The notes beneath the pieces are model-generated. The model did no database searches. It was not told where the DNA came from and saw only the letters and a list, made by a program, of their open reading frames with translations. From Candidatus Bipolaricaulota bacterium (GTDB lineage Bacteria; Patescibacteriota; Patescibacteriia; UBA11705; DATKZF01), in contig DATKZF010000003.1 of assembly GCA_035528115.1 (NCBI GenBank), positions 22,699 to 86,698 on the forward strand: 64,000 nt of DNA. Reading direction: 5' to 3'. A program made the translations under genes and the position numbers. Numbering within the stretch: the stretch's first letter is position 1; every line of letters begins with the position of its first letter. This document shows positions 42,310-52,867 of this stretch, in pieces.

Positions 42310-43581
42310 ATGAATTTATCAAATCTGCCCGTAAAAAAAATCGGTTTGGCCGCACTTATTTTAATCATCGCAGCCGGCGCCGGTTATGGAATTTATTATT
42401 TATTTTTCAGACAAGCCGCCCCGGTGATTACCGAAAATGAGGCAACCAATGAAGCGGCGGGCGGTTTGCCCACGGGTCCGGCCGGAGGCGTGACCAATCA
42501 AATCGTCAATGGCGTTCCGGTCAATGAAGCTTTGCCCGGAATTCCCGGAATTCCCAAAACCATCACCAAAGTCCCGGCTCCGACCGGTATTTCCGCCATC
42601 GCTGCGGGCGGCGTCACCAAAGTCGCCACCAATTTCACGGGCGCGGTGGCCGCGGTCAATATGCCGGCAGGACAAAACAATCCTCTCTTTTACAATCCTC
42701 AGGATGGTTATTTTTACGAAATCAGCTCCTTTGGCACGACCACTAAAAAGTCCAACACTTCTTATCCCAACGCGCAAAACATCGCCTGGGCGTCAAACGG
42801 AGACAAGGCTATTTTGGAATTTCCGGACGGCTCGAACATCTTGTACGATTTTAAATTGCAAAAGCAGACTTCCCTGCCCAAGTCGTGGCAAGATTTTCAG
42901 TTCAACGATCAAGGCTCGAAAATCGCTTTCAAAGATATAAATGTCAATGAAAATTACAACTGGCTGGCTATCGCCGATCCGGACGGTTCCAAACAAAAAT
43001 ATTTGGAAACATTGGGAGACCGCGGCAGCCGAGTGGAAATCAATTGGTCGCCGACAAGCAACACGGTCGCCAATTATTACAAATCCGAAAACGCGTCCTC
43101 GACCACGATTTACATGATCGGACAAAACGAAGAAAATTTCAGAGCGATCGATGCCAAGGGCCAATTCGTGCAATCCAAGTGGGTGCCTGACGGCAAGAGA
43201 ATGGTTTACAGCGCCTATAGCGCGGAAACGGACAACAAACCCAATCTTTATATCGTTGACGCCGTCGGCGACAGTGTGGGCTACAACCACAATTCTCTCA
43301 ATCTGAACACCTGGATCGATAAATGCGTCTTCCAAGGAGAAAGCATCATGTACTGCGCCGTGCCCAAATCTCTGCCCAGCGACGCGGGTTTTCAGCCGAC
43401 AATCGCGGACACCATACCGGACTACATATACAAAATAGATTTAAATACGGGCTCAAAGGTCATTATCGCCGAACCGGAATACAGCTACACGATTCAAAAC
43501 ATGGAAATTTCTCCGGACGGCAAATATCTTTACTTCACGGACAAAGCTTTGGGGCAGCTGCATAATATTCAATTGAAATAA
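42310..43581 (+). CDS. Membrane-anchored beta-propeller (TolB/WD40-like) protein
   Basis: N-terminal TM, Pro-rich linker, WASNG/WSPT/WVPDGK/ISPDGK blades. Confidence 0.75.
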   Translation: MNLSNLPVKKIGLAALILIIAAGAGYGIYYLFFRQAAPVITENEATNEAAGGLPTGPAGGVTNQIVNGVPVNEALPGIPGIPKTITKVPAPTGISAIAAGGVTKVATNFTGAVAAVNMPAGQNNPLFYNPQDGYFYEISSFGTTTKKSNTSYPNAQNIAWASNGDKAILEFPDGSNILYDFKLQKQTSLPKSWQDFQFNDQGSKIAFKDINVNENYNWLAIADPDGSKQKYLETLGDRGSRVEINWSPTSNTVANYYKSENASSTTIYMIGQNEENFRAIDAKGQFVQSKWVPDGKRMVYSAYSAETDNKPNLYIVDAVGDSVGYNHNSLNLNTWIDKCVFQGESIMYCAVPKSLPSDAGFQPTIADTIPDYIYKIDLNTGSKVIIAEPEYSYTIQNMEISPDGKYLYFTDKALGQLHNIQLK

Positions 43582-43584
43582 AAT

Positions 43585-45333
43585 ATGAAAAAAATCGCGC
43601 TTTTCGCTTTTTGCATTTTTTTCGTTTTATCAATCAGGCCGGCTGACGCGGCCAATACTTTTTGCGATTGCCAAAACAGAACCGGCGACTGCCAAATACT
43701 TTGCAGCGGCTATCAAGATTCGGATAAAATTTGCGAATGCGAAGTCGGACAATCCTTTACCGCTATAGATCAAACGGTCTGCGACACCCAATGCGCGGCT
43801 CAAGCCGCGGCCGCCGCGAGCGCGAATTTACCCAAAGTCAATTCCATTTTCTGCGATTGCAACACTCAAATTTCGCAAACAAACGATCAATGTAAAACAC
43901 AATGTCCCAATTACAATAATCAAAAAATCTGCATGTGCGCAATCGGCGCCAAACCGACAACGATGAACGCGGATGCGACCGCCGCCGTCTGCCAAACAGA
44001 TTGCCAAACCGCGGCGGCCGGGCAAACGGAAACCTCTCCGCCCGCCGAAACCTCGGTTGAAGCCGGACAACCGGCTCCGGCCACCTCGCCGGCCATCAAA
44101 CCCAAATTATACGTGCCCATTCCCGATCTCCATTTTTCCGATGTTGTCTTGGCCACCACTGGCGGCGGCGCGGCCAGCCTGCCTTGGATTTCCGAATATG
44201 TCATTGCCGTTTACAAATACGCCATGGGCATCGGTTCTATTTTGGGCATTATTATGATCATGATCGCCGGGGTCTTGTACCTGACCTCAGCCGGCAATCC
44301 TCAAAGAGTCGGACAGGCCAAAGATTATATTGTCGGCTCAGTGATCGGCTTGACCGTTTTGTTTTCTTCGTATTTGATTTTGAATTTTATCAATCCTCAA
44401 TTAACAAAATTAGGCAGTCTCCAATTTCAAACCGTTTCTTTGGAACAACTTGAGATAGAATTCCAAGACGCGGAAGCCGTGGGCAGAGAGGATGTTAATG
44501 CCGGAGATTACGCCCCCATTCCCGGAGCCGCGCCTTCGGCGCCCGCTCCCCGCCCGTCAGGAGAAGTATTGCCTGTAGTTGCGCTAGATCCAGACAATTG
44601 TAAACCCAGTAAACCCAGTGGGATTGGCAACGCATCCTTGCTTTCAAAATATCAGGAAATGAATTGTTTAAGCCTTGGCCAAAGAAGTTTAGCTAACATA
44701 ACCAGAGTATACATTCATGAGGGTTCAACCGCCGAAAAAAATGTAAAATCTTGGATTAATAAATACAAAAAAGAAGGAAAAACCATAAGCAGCCACTACA
44801 CGATCAACCGCGACGGAACAATCTATCAAATGTTAGGTGAAGAAAAAGTCGCGGCTCATGTTCCATGTAGAAAAGTTTTTAATGAAAGAACCGGAAAAAA
44901 AGATAAATGTGACCCAAATGGAATACCCAACAAGAACTCCATTGGAATTGATTTGGAAGTCAATGTCCGAACAGCATACTATTGGAGCAAAATCAATACT
45001 TGCTTGGGATTGGTGAAAGATAAAAAGATTAAAGGGGTTGAAAACACAAAGGAAGCCGCGATCGAATTCTGCACACCCACATATACCCAAGCCCAGTATG
45101 ATTCTCTGAAAAAATTATTGCAGAGCATTGCCGGCAGAACAGGCTATTCTTATGACATAAGCCACACTTTCGCTCATTGCGAATGGGGCGGGCACACCGA
45201 TCCTCGAAACTTTGACTGGTCAAAACTGGGTCAAAGCACTGAGACGCATCAAGACAGAAATCCGAGCTATTGTAAATATTTTCCCATTTATGAAGAGAGG
45301 GTCAAAGAACTTGCTGATAAACTTTTTCAATAA
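43585..45333 (+). CDS. Cys-rich + CPR pilin (TrbC/VirB2-like) + N-acetylmuramoyl-L-alanine amidase fusion
   Basis: Signal peptide; GVLYLTSAGNPQRVGQAK pilin motif; amidase_2 motifs IHE, SHYTI, SIGIDLE, AH, DP. Confidence 0.82.
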   Translation: MKKIALFAFCIFFVLSIRPADAANTFCDCQNRTGDCQILCSGYQDSDKICECEVGQSFTAIDQTVCDTQCAAQAAAAASANLPKVNSIFCDCNTQISQTNDQCKTQCPNYNNQKICMCAIGAKPTTMNADATAAVCQTDCQTAAAGQTETSPPAETSVEAGQPAPATSPAIKPKLYVPIPDLHFSDVVLATTGGGAASLPWISEYVIAVYKYAMGIGSILGIIMIMIAGVLYLTSAGNPQRVGQAKDYIVGSVIGLTVLFSSYLILNFINPQLTKLGSLQFQTVSLEQLEIEFQDAEAVGREDVNAGDYAPIPGAAPSAPAPRPSGEVLPVVALDPDNCKPSKPSGIGNASLLSKYQEMNCLSLGQRSLANITRVYIHEGSTAEKNVKSWINKYKKEGKTISSHYTINRDGTIYQMLGEEKVAAHVPCRKVFNERTGKKDKCDPNGIPNKNSIGIDLEVNVRTAYYWSKINTCLGLVKDKKIKGVENTKEAAIEFCTPTYTQAQYDSLKKLLQSIAGRTGYSYDISHTFAHCEWGGHTDPRNFDWSKLGQSTETHQDRNPSYCKYFPIYEERVKELADKLFQ

Positions 45334-45336
45334 ATT

Positions 45337-47148
45337 ATGAAAAAAATATTTATTTACTTCTTCTTCAGCTTGATTTTTTTAACACTGAGCGCCCAGGATT
45401 CGTTCGGGGCTTCGGTTTTTTGCGATTGCGCCGCTCAAAGCGGTTGCGCGCTAACATGCCAAGGGCAAAGTACGGCTGCGAAAATATGCCAGTGCGCCAA
45501 TGGAAATGATTATAGCGTTTCCAGCCAAAGCGAGTGCGTTAATCAATGCAATATAACTAATTCAGAAATCCTATCATATTGCGAATGCCCTGTCAGCGGC
45601 GAATGCCCAACTTTATGTTCAAATACGCCCGCTGATTCAAAGATATGCAAATGCGACAACGGCAATACAATATCAGTCGCAAACTCGACTCAATGCGACA
45701 CTCAATGCGCGGCTCAAGCCGCGGCCGCCGCGAGCGCGAATTTGCCCACGGTCAATTCCATTTTTTGCGATTGCAACACTCAAATTTCGCAAACAAACGA
45801 TCAATGCAAAACTCAATGCCCCAATTACAATAATCAAAAAATCTGCATGTGCGGACTTGGCGCCAAACCGAAAACGATGAATGCCGAAGCGACCCCCGCC
45901 GTCTGCCAAACCGATTGCCAAGCCGCTGCGCTGGCTGTAACTTCCGCTCCGGCCGAGACCGCGGCCGAGCCCGGACAACCGGCTCCGGCCACCTCGCCGG
46001 CCATCAAACCAAAACTTACCGTGCCCATTCCGGATCTCCATTTTTCCGATGTCGTTTTGGCCACCGCGGGCGGCGGCGCGGCCAGCCTGCCTTGGATTTC
46101 CGAATATGTCATCGCGGTTTACAAATACGCCATGGGTATCGGCTCGATTTTGGCCGTGATCATGATCATGATCGCCGGAATTTTATACCTGACCTCGGCC
46201 GGCAATCCGCAAAGAATCGGCCAGGCCAAAGGCTACATCATCGGCTCGATCACGGGCCTGACAATTTTATTCAGTTCGTATTTGCTTTTGAATTTGATCA
46301 ATCCGGCATTGACGCGATTGGGACCTATTGGGATTGGAGTTGTTGAGGCGGAAAGGCTGGCATGGGAAGAATCTTTCGCGATTGCGGAGGCAGCAGCGAT
46401 AACGCCACCGAATGTTGAACAAACAGATCCTGAAAAATTAATACCAACCGAAAGAGCCGGTTGCACGGATACAGGTAAGGCAAGCAAGCCATCCGGATTT
46501 AGCATGGCGAATACTTCTCTTCTAGGTAAACTCGACTGCAACGCGACACGCCAAAGGCAAGTAAGCAGCATAAAATATATCGTATTGCACGACGGCGGCG
46601 GCGCCGCGTTCAATGTGAGTTTTTGGACAAAAAGATGTCAAGAAAAAGGCTATCAGAGTTGCCCGGCTTCTCACTACACAATCAATAGAAGCGGGGCGAT
46701 ATATCAAACATTGGGAGAAGAAAAAGTCGCCTACCACGCTCAAGCGTATAATTCCGCCGGCATCGGCATAGATTTGGAAAATGATTTGCCATCGAAATTC
46801 ATTTACAGTAGGGTAGATGATTGCCTGACAGCCTGCAAAGACGGCAAATATCCGTGCAAAAAAGCGACCGCGAACAATAAACAATACGCTATCAGCAAGT
46901 GCACGCCAGAAAAATCAGTGTCGCAATACGTGTCCCTGGCATTGCTTATACAAGACATCAGGACGCGCGCCCCAGGAGCTAAGGTAGTGGCTCACTGCGA
47001 AGGAGGAGTTCATAGCGATCCGCGCAATTTTAATTGGAGATTGATTGGGATTGATCCCGCGGCGCATCCAGACACAGCCCATTGTAAATTTTATCCCACT
47101 TACTCAGACAGGGTAAAATCCTTGGCAGATAAAATTTTTGGCCCATAA
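45337..47148 (+). CDS. Paralogous Cys-rich + pilin + amidase fusion
   Basis: Same architecture; IVLHD, ASHYTINRSGAIYQ, AYHA, GIGIDLE, AH, DP. Confidence 0.82.
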   Translation: MKKIFIYFFFSLIFLTLSAQDSFGASVFCDCAAQSGCALTCQGQSTAAKICQCANGNDYSVSSQSECVNQCNITNSEILSYCECPVSGECPTLCSNTPADSKICKCDNGNTISVANSTQCDTQCAAQAAAAASANLPTVNSIFCDCNTQISQTNDQCKTQCPNYNNQKICMCGLGAKPKTMNAEATPAVCQTDCQAAALAVTSAPAETAAEPGQPAPATSPAIKPKLTVPIPDLHFSDVVLATAGGGAASLPWISEYVIAVYKYAMGIGSILAVIMIMIAGILYLTSAGNPQRIGQAKGYIIGSITGLTILFSSYLLLNLINPALTRLGPIGIGVVEAERLAWEESFAIAEAAAITPPNVEQTDPEKLIPTERAGCTDTGKASKPSGFSMANTSLLGKLDCNATRQRQVSSIKYIVLHDGGGAAFNVSFWTKRCQEKGYQSCPASHYTINRSGAIYQTLGEEKVAYHAQAYNSAGIGIDLENDLPSKFIYSRVDDCLTACKDGKYPCKKATANNKQYAISKCTPEKSVSQYVSLALLIQDIRTRAPGAKVVAHCEGGVHSDPRNFNWRLIGIDPAAHPDTAHCKFYPTYSDRVKSLADKIFGP

Positions 47149-47151
47149 TTT

Positions 47152-48453
47152 ATGCTATTCACCTGCTCCAAATGCGACGCTCAATTGCCCAAATGGTCCG
47201 GACGCTGTTCCGAGTGCCAAGCTTGGGGCACGATTGAAAAAGCCGCCGGCAACGGGCAGAAGACGGCATTTAAAAGCGACTCCAAAATAATTTCGCTTGA
47301 TGAAATAGACAATCTAAGGCTGGAGCGGCTGAAAACCAAGGTAAAAGAATTCGATGAATTTTTAGGAGGGGGGCTGGTCGAAGGCAGCCTTCTTTTAATC
47401 GGCGGCGAGCCCGGCATCGGCAAATCCACGGTCGCCTTGCAGCTGCTCGGCAAATTCGGCCAAGATTCGCTTTATATCAGCGGCGAAGAATCCGCTCAGC
47501 AGATCAAACTGCGGGCTCAAAGAATCGGCGAAAGTAATTTGAAAATTCTCAACACCAACTCGCTCGAAGACATTCTTTATCATTTGCAAACTTCAAAACC
47601 AAAAATCGCCATCATTGATTCGATTCAAACGATTTATTCTTCGCAAATAGAAGGCGAGGCGGGCAATATCGCGCAAATCAAAACCATTGCGGTCAAACTG
47701 CTCGAGCTGGCCAAAAAACAAAACATCGCTTTGATCATTATCGGCCACATCACCAAAGACGGCTCCATTGCCGGGCCGAAAACGCTGGAGCATTTGGTGG
47801 ACGCGGTTTTTTATCTGGAAGGCGAAAAAAATTCGGATTTGAGAATTTTGAGATCAATAAAAAACAGGTTCGGCTCGACCAATGAACTGATTATTTTCGA
47901 AATGACCGAGGCCGGCCTTCAAATCGTGAGCAACCCGTCTAAATTATTTCTCTCGCCCACGCCGCTTGACGTGGCCGGCACAGTGACCGGAGCGGTCATC
48001 GAAGGTTCGAGATGTTTTTTGGTGGAAGTGCAAGCCTTGATCAATCAGACGGTCTTCGGGTATCCGCAAAGAAAATCAAGCGGCTATGATTTGAATCGGT
48101 TTCAACTTCTTTTGGCTGTGCTGGGAAAACGAGCGAATTTGAATTTCAATACGCAAGACGCGCATCTTAATGTCACGGGCGGATTCAAAATAAAAGAACC
48201 CGCGCTTGACCTGGCCGTGGCCATGGCTTGCGCCTCGGCCCTCACCAATAAGACGCTCGGCCCGAAAACATTGGTTTTCGGCGAAGTGGGCCTGGCCGGA
48301 GAAATTCGAGCCGTGAAACAGGCTGAAAAACGTCTAAAAGAAGGCGAAAAATTGGGGTTTGAGGCGGCTATTGTCCCTTTTGGCGTCAAATACACGGGCA
48401 ACATGAAAATCAGCCAAATAAAGACAATTTCAGAAGCGATTCAATTACTTTAA
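47152..48453 (+). CDS. radA: DNA repair protein RadA/Sms
   Basis: C4 zinc finger, GGEPGIGKST, KNRFG, GEVGLAGE. Confidence 0.97.
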   Translation: MLFTCSKCDAQLPKWSGRCSECQAWGTIEKAAGNGQKTAFKSDSKIISLDEIDNLRLERLKTKVKEFDEFLGGGLVEGSLLLIGGEPGIGKSTVALQLLGKFGQDSLYISGEESAQQIKLRAQRIGESNLKILNTNSLEDILYHLQTSKPKIAIIDSIQTIYSSQIEGEAGNIAQIKTIAVKLLELAKKQNIALIIIGHITKDGSIAGPKTLEHLVDAVFYLEGEKNSDLRILRSIKNRFGSTNELIIFEMTEAGLQIVSNPSKLFLSPTPLDVAGTVTGAVIEGSRCFLVEVQALINQTVFGYPQRKSSGYDLNRFQLLLAVLGKRANLNFNTQDAHLNVTGGFKIKEPALDLAVAMACASALTNKTLGPKTLVFGEVGLAGEIRAVKQAEKRLKEGEKLGFEAAIVPFGVKYTGNMKISQIKTISEAIQLL

Positions 48454-48594
48454 TAATGCGACCTTGGCGCGTTCCTACATGTGGCGATGGCGGCGAATTT
48501 GGATTTTCATCGTCGATTTGAGGACAGGGCAGTGCCCTGTCCCTACACCATGCCGCCTTTTTCGTCATTCCCGACCCCGATCGGGAATTCGCTT

Positions 48595-49197
48595 ATGATT
48601 CCACTTAAATTCTACAATCAATCCACTCTAAAAATCGCCCAAGCTCTCTTGGGTCAATTTATTGTCCGCGAAATCAATGGCCGAAAACTAATGGGCAAAA
48701 TCGTGGAGACCGAAAGCTATGTCGGTTTCAATGACTTGGCCTCGCATGCTTCTCGCGGAAAAACGGACAGAACGAAAATCATGTTCGGCCCGGCCGGACA
48801 TGCTTACATTTATTTGATTTACGGAATGTACTGTTGCTTCAATATTGTCACTGAAAAAAAAGATTATCCGGCCGCGGTTTTGATTCGAGCGGTCGAACCG
48901 ATCGAGGGCATTGATCAAATGCTGAAAAATCGTAAACTTCAATCCCCGATTTCCAATTCAAAATTTCTAATTTCAATTTCCAACGGCCCGTCCAAATTCT
49001 GCCAAGCCTTTGCCATTGATCGCAAATTAAACGATCACGCGCTGAATAAAAAACCCCTGTATTTAATCAAGGGCGAAAAAATCAAACCATCTCAAATGGT
49101 CAAAGCGACGCGGATCGGCGTTGATTACTCCGGCGAATACGCCAAAAAGAAATGGCGGTTTTATATTAAAGGCAATGCGTTTGTTTCGAAAAAATAA
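48595..49197 (+). CDS. mpg: DNA-3-methyladenine glycosylase (MPG/AAG family)
   Basis: IVETESY, AYIYLIYGMY, AVLIRAVEP, NGPSK, RIGV, WRF; start trimmed to ATG 48595. Confidence 0.92.
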   Translation: MIPLKFYNQSTLKIAQALLGQFIVREINGRKLMGKIVETESYVGFNDLASHASRGKTDRTKIMFGPAGHAYIYLIYGMYCCFNIVTEKKDYPAAVLIRAVEPIEGIDQMLKNRKLQSPISNSKFLISISNGPSKFCQAFAIDRKLNDHALNKKPLYLIKGEKIKPSQMVKATRIGVDYSGEYAKKKWRFYIKGNAFVSKK

Positions 49198-49246
49198 AAT
49201 TTCTACCCCACTTTAGTGGGCCGACTAAAAGTCGGGCAGACAATTT

Positions 49247-51292
49247 TTATTCAAAATGCAAAGACACCTTGGTCTCTTCGACTTTCTTTTTCAATTCTTC
49301 AAACTCATCTAGCCTCGGCGCGTATTTAATGGCGTCGCCTTGCGCCTTTTTAATCAATTCAATATCGGTCAAGCTGGCGATTTTCAAATCCGGCAAACCC
49401 GATTGGCGCGTGCCGTAAACTTCGCCGGGACCGCGAAGTTCGAGATCCATTTCCGCCAATTTAAAACCGTCATTGGTTCTTTCCAAAGCCTTTAACCGCT
49501 TAAAAGCGATGTCGTTCAAATTCTCGCCGAACAAAAAGCAATAAGACTGCTCCTCTCCCCTGCCCACTCGACCGCGGAATTGATGCAGCTGAGCCAGCCC
49601 GAATCGAGCAGCTCCTTCGATCGCCATGATCGCGGCGTTGGGCACGTCCACTCCCACTTCCACCACCGAAGTCGATACCAAAATATCGATTTTTTTATTT
49701 AAAAAATTTTGCATCACTTCATTTTTTTCTTTTGATTTCATTTTGCCGTGCAGCATGGAGATTTTTAAATCCGTGAAAATGTGTTTTGATAATTTTTCAA
49801 ATTCCTCGGTCACGCTCTTGACTCCCAATTTGTCGCTTTCTTCAATCAACGGACAAATAACAAAAACTTGTCTGCCTTCCTTGATTTTGTCTTTGATGAA
49901 TTTATAAGCTTGCGGCCGTTTGTCCTCAGTCACCAATTTCGTGATTATCGGCTTTCTGCCTTTCGGTTTTTCTTTAATGACGGAAACGTCCAAATCGCCG
50001 TACAAAGTCAAAACCAGAGACCTGGGAATGGGCGTGGCGGTCAATGACAGAAAATGCGGCACCAAATTCACTCCGGTTTCAACCAACTTTCTTCTCTGAT
50101 CCACGCCGAAGCGATGCTGTTCGTCCACGGCCACCAAAGCCAAGTCTTTTATTTTCACCTCATCGGAAATCAAGGCGTGCGTGCCGATGACCAAATCAAT
50201 TTCGCCGGTTAATAAACCTTCAAGAATCATCTTTTTGCTCGCCTTTTCTTGGCCATAAATCATTTTGCTCGAGCCGGTCAAAAGCGCGACTTTGACTTTC
50301 GGCGATAAAAACCTCGACAGGCTTTCAAAATGCTGGCGCGCCAAAATTTCCGTGGGAGCCATCAAAGCGCTTTGAAAACCGTTTAAGGCCACGTTCAAAA
50401 TGGCCAAGCCGACCACGATTGTTTTGCCCGAGCCGACATCTCCTTCGAGCAATCTGTTCATGGGCTTTTCTTTGTCCAAATCAAGTAAAATCTCCCAAGC
50501 CGCTTTTTTCTGATCATCGGTCAGCGTAAACGGCAATTTGGCCACGAAGTCTTTGGTGGCTTTTTCCAAAAACTTCACTTTGGGAGAGTTTTCTTTCGCC
50601 AAATCCTCGCGGTATTTTTGAATTTTCAATTGAATTAAAAACAATTCGTCGAATTTCAATCTTTCTTTGGCTTGTTCCATCAATTCTTTTGATTTGGGAA
50701 AATGAATGTTTTCAATCGCTTCGGTTATTTTCAAGAATTTGTTTTTCGCCATCAATTCATTCGGCAAAAATTCTTTCAATTCTTTGGCCAAAGGCAGGCA
50801 CTGCTTAATCCAATATCGAAATTGCTTTTGCGTCAAACTTCCGCTCAACGAATAAACGGGTTGCAGCCGCTCGGTCATAGTGCTGAATGAAGAAACTTTT
50901 TCGTAAAACGGGCTGATCATTTGCTGATGATAATTGTCGGAAACTTTTCCGGCCAAATACACCTCACTGCCCACGGGCAAAGTTTTGGTTAAAAATGGCT
51001 GATTGAACCAAACCACGTTCAGTTGACCCGAGTCATCGGAAACGACCGCTTCGGTGACGAATTTTCGCTGACGCCGACTTCTTCTGTTGGCGATCAAATC
51101 GATTTTGACCTTCACCGTGGCGTTTTCATCCGGCGTTAAGTCCGCGATAGTCCGCACAGAGGTAAAGTCGTCATAGCGAAACGGAAAATGAAAAAGCAGG
51201 TCATGCAAATCTAAAATACCCAATTTTTCCAATTGTTTGGACATTCCTTTGCCCACGCGATGCAGCATCTCGATTGATTGATCAAGTCGCAT
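49247..51292 (-). CDS. recG: ATP-dependent DNA helicase RecG
   Basis: GDVGSGKT, DEQHRFG, TATPIPR, QLHQFRGRVGRG, RGPGE. Confidence 0.97.
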   Translation of the reverse strand: MRLDQSIEMLHRVGKGMSKQLEKLGILDLHDLLFHFPFRYDDFTSVRTIADLTPDENATVKVKIDLIANRRSRRQRKFVTEAVVSDDSGQLNVVWFNQPFLTKTLPVGSEVYLAGKVSDNYHQQMISPFYEKVSSFSTMTERLQPVYSLSGSLTQKQFRYWIKQCLPLAKELKEFLPNELMAKNKFLKITEAIENIHFPKSKELMEQAKERLKFDELFLIQLKIQKYREDLAKENSPKVKFLEKATKDFVAKLPFTLTDDQKKAAWEILLDLDKEKPMNRLLEGDVGSGKTIVVGLAILNVALNGFQSALMAPTEILARQHFESLSRFLSPKVKVALLTGSSKMIYGQEKASKKMILEGLLTGEIDLVIGTHALISDEVKIKDLALVAVDEQHRFGVDQRRKLVETGVNLVPHFLSLTATPIPRSLVLTLYGDLDVSVIKEKPKGRKPIITKLVTEDKRPQAYKFIKDKIKEGRQVFVICPLIEESDKLGVKSVTEEFEKLSKHIFTDLKISMLHGKMKSKEKNEVMQNFLNKKIDILVSTSVVEVGVDVPNAAIMAIEGAARFGLAQLHQFRGRVGRGEEQSYCFLFGENLNDIAFKRLKALERTNDGFKLAEMDLELRGPGEVYGTRQSGLPDLKIASLTDIELIKKAQGDAIKYAPRLDEFEELKKKVEETKVSLHFE

Positions 51293-51438
51293 ATACACAT
51301 AGTTTACAAGATCGGCGTTAAAATTCAATCCTGAAAAGCCCAAGAGAGCGGAAAGTCAAGCTTTCCGCTCAATTTACGCCCCGATATCATTAAAACAAAA
51401 AAATCCCCGCCAAAGGGACTTTAATCTTTCAACTGAAA

Positions 51439-51515
51439 TGGCGTACCCGACAGGAATCGAACCTGTAACCTCCAGCTCCGCAAGCTGACGCTCTATCCAG
51501 TTGAGCTACGGGTAC
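51439..51515 (-). tRNA. tRNA-Arg(GCG)
   Basis: GTACCCG acceptor stem, anticodon arm TCAGC-TTGCGGA-GCTGG, GGTTCGATTCC, CCA. Confidence 0.93.
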
Positions 51516-51608
51516 ACATTCTTTCAAGCCAACTGCCTGCCGCGTCGTTCGCCAACGACGTGACCTGTCCGCCGTAGCGCATAGGTTAGCGAGTAGCGAA
51601 GCAGGAAA

Positions 51609-52103
51609 TCACATCTTGAAAAACTTAGCCAGCCTATCAGACAATTCTTCTTCCTCTTTTTCCAAATCCTCGAACAAATATTGTTTCAAACTATCTCTGA
51701 CTTTATTCGGATCAACTTCTTCCAGCGGCACGGGCAAGCTTCTTTTCAGCGGATTCTTATATTCCAAATAAAGCAATTTGGCCGGCGGATTGTAAATCAG
51801 CCAAAAATTTTCCAATTCTTGAAAAGCGTAAAATTTCCGCCCGATCATAATCCCGTCTTCAGTCACGGCGGCTTTCACTTTTTGAGGAGCTTGATAATGC
51901 TGAATTACCCCGATAAAAGCGGCCAACACCACTATCGCGCCGAACAAAATATTCCCGGTCCAAACGGCATATATTAAAAATATCGCGAATATGACAATGG
52001 CCGCCGCGTACCAGCCTTTGCCGCGGCTATGCTTTTCGAATTCATCAAAAGTCCATTCTATTAAAACTTCCGGATCGCCTCCGCTGTTTTTATTTTCCTC
52101 CAT
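51609..52103 (-). CDS. Conserved CPR-type membrane protein (DUF5673-like)
   Basis: W..EF..H.R...W, two TMs, PH-like C-terminus. Confidence 0.7.
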   Translation of the reverse strand: MEENKNSGGDPEVLIEWTFDEFEKHSRGKGWYAAAIVIFAIFLIYAVWTGNILFGAIVVLAAFIGVIQHYQAPQKVKAAVTEDGIMIGRKFYAFQELENFWLIYNPPAKLLYLEYKNPLKRSLPVPLEEVDPNKVRDSLKQYLFEDLEKEEEELSDRLAKFFKM

Positions 52104-52116
52104 ATGATTCTATCTA

Positions 52117-52272
52117 TTAAATGCCTTGATAATTTATATAAACTCCGATGGCGCTATTTATCAAAGTCAACACCAAAAATATTATACTTAAAACAAGTCC
52201 GGCAATGGCTTGTTTGGCTTTCTTGGCGGAGATATCTTCTTTTTTTGTCTCCATAATATTTCCGTTTGCCAT
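52117..52272 (-). CDS. Small 51-aa membrane protein, possibly a truncated DUF4190-like gene
   Basis: Hand-translated: MANGNIMETKKEDISAKKAKQAIAGLVLSIIFLVLTLINSAIGVYINYQGI*; below the ORF-track cutoff. Confidence 0.45.
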   Translation of the reverse strand: MANGNIMETKKEDISAKKAKQAIAGLVLSIIFLVLTLINSAIGVYINYQGI

Positions 52273-52335
52273 AATTTATTTTTATTTTATTTGTTAATGA
52301 CTGAGCTGGCGGAGCCACGTCGTTCGAGAACGACG

Positions 52336-52425
52336 TGGCGGAGAGGGCGGGAGTCGAACCCGCACACCGCTTTTAGACGGTGACGGTTTAGCAAACCGCT
52401 GCCTTACCATTCGGCGCACCTCTCC
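52336..52425 (-). tRNA. tRNA-Ser(GCT)
   Basis: GGAGAGG acceptor stem, anticodon GCT, long variable arm, GCCA end. Confidence 0.95.
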
Positions 52426-52495
52426 CTGATCACATATCACGTATCATGAAACACATAACAATCTATGGCCTGCCAGCCGTAGCCTTGGCGAAGGC

Positions 52496-52659
52496 TGACG
52501 GAGAGGGCGGGAGTCGCCCAGTACCAGAGCGAAGCACGGTACTGGGCGCCCCGAACCGTTCGAGCCAGAGGCTCGATCTGGTTTGGGGCGAACCCGCACA
52601 CCGCTTTTAGACGGTGACGGTTTAGCAAACCGCTGCCTTACCATTCGGCGCACCTCTCC
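52496..52659 (-). pseudogene. Interrupted duplicate of tRNA-Ser(GCT)
   Basis: Identical body with a 74-bp insertion (52517-52590) in the T-loop and 3' end TCA instead of CCA. Confidence 0.88.
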
Positions 52660-52728
52660 CTGATCACATATCACGTATCTTGAAACACATAGCAATCTAT
52701 GGCCTGCCAGCCGTAGCCTTGGCGAAGG

Positions 52729-52819
<91 letters not shown>

Positions 52820-52867
52820 ATTAAACGATCTCATCCATTTTAGCATAATCGGCCATTTTTGTAAATA

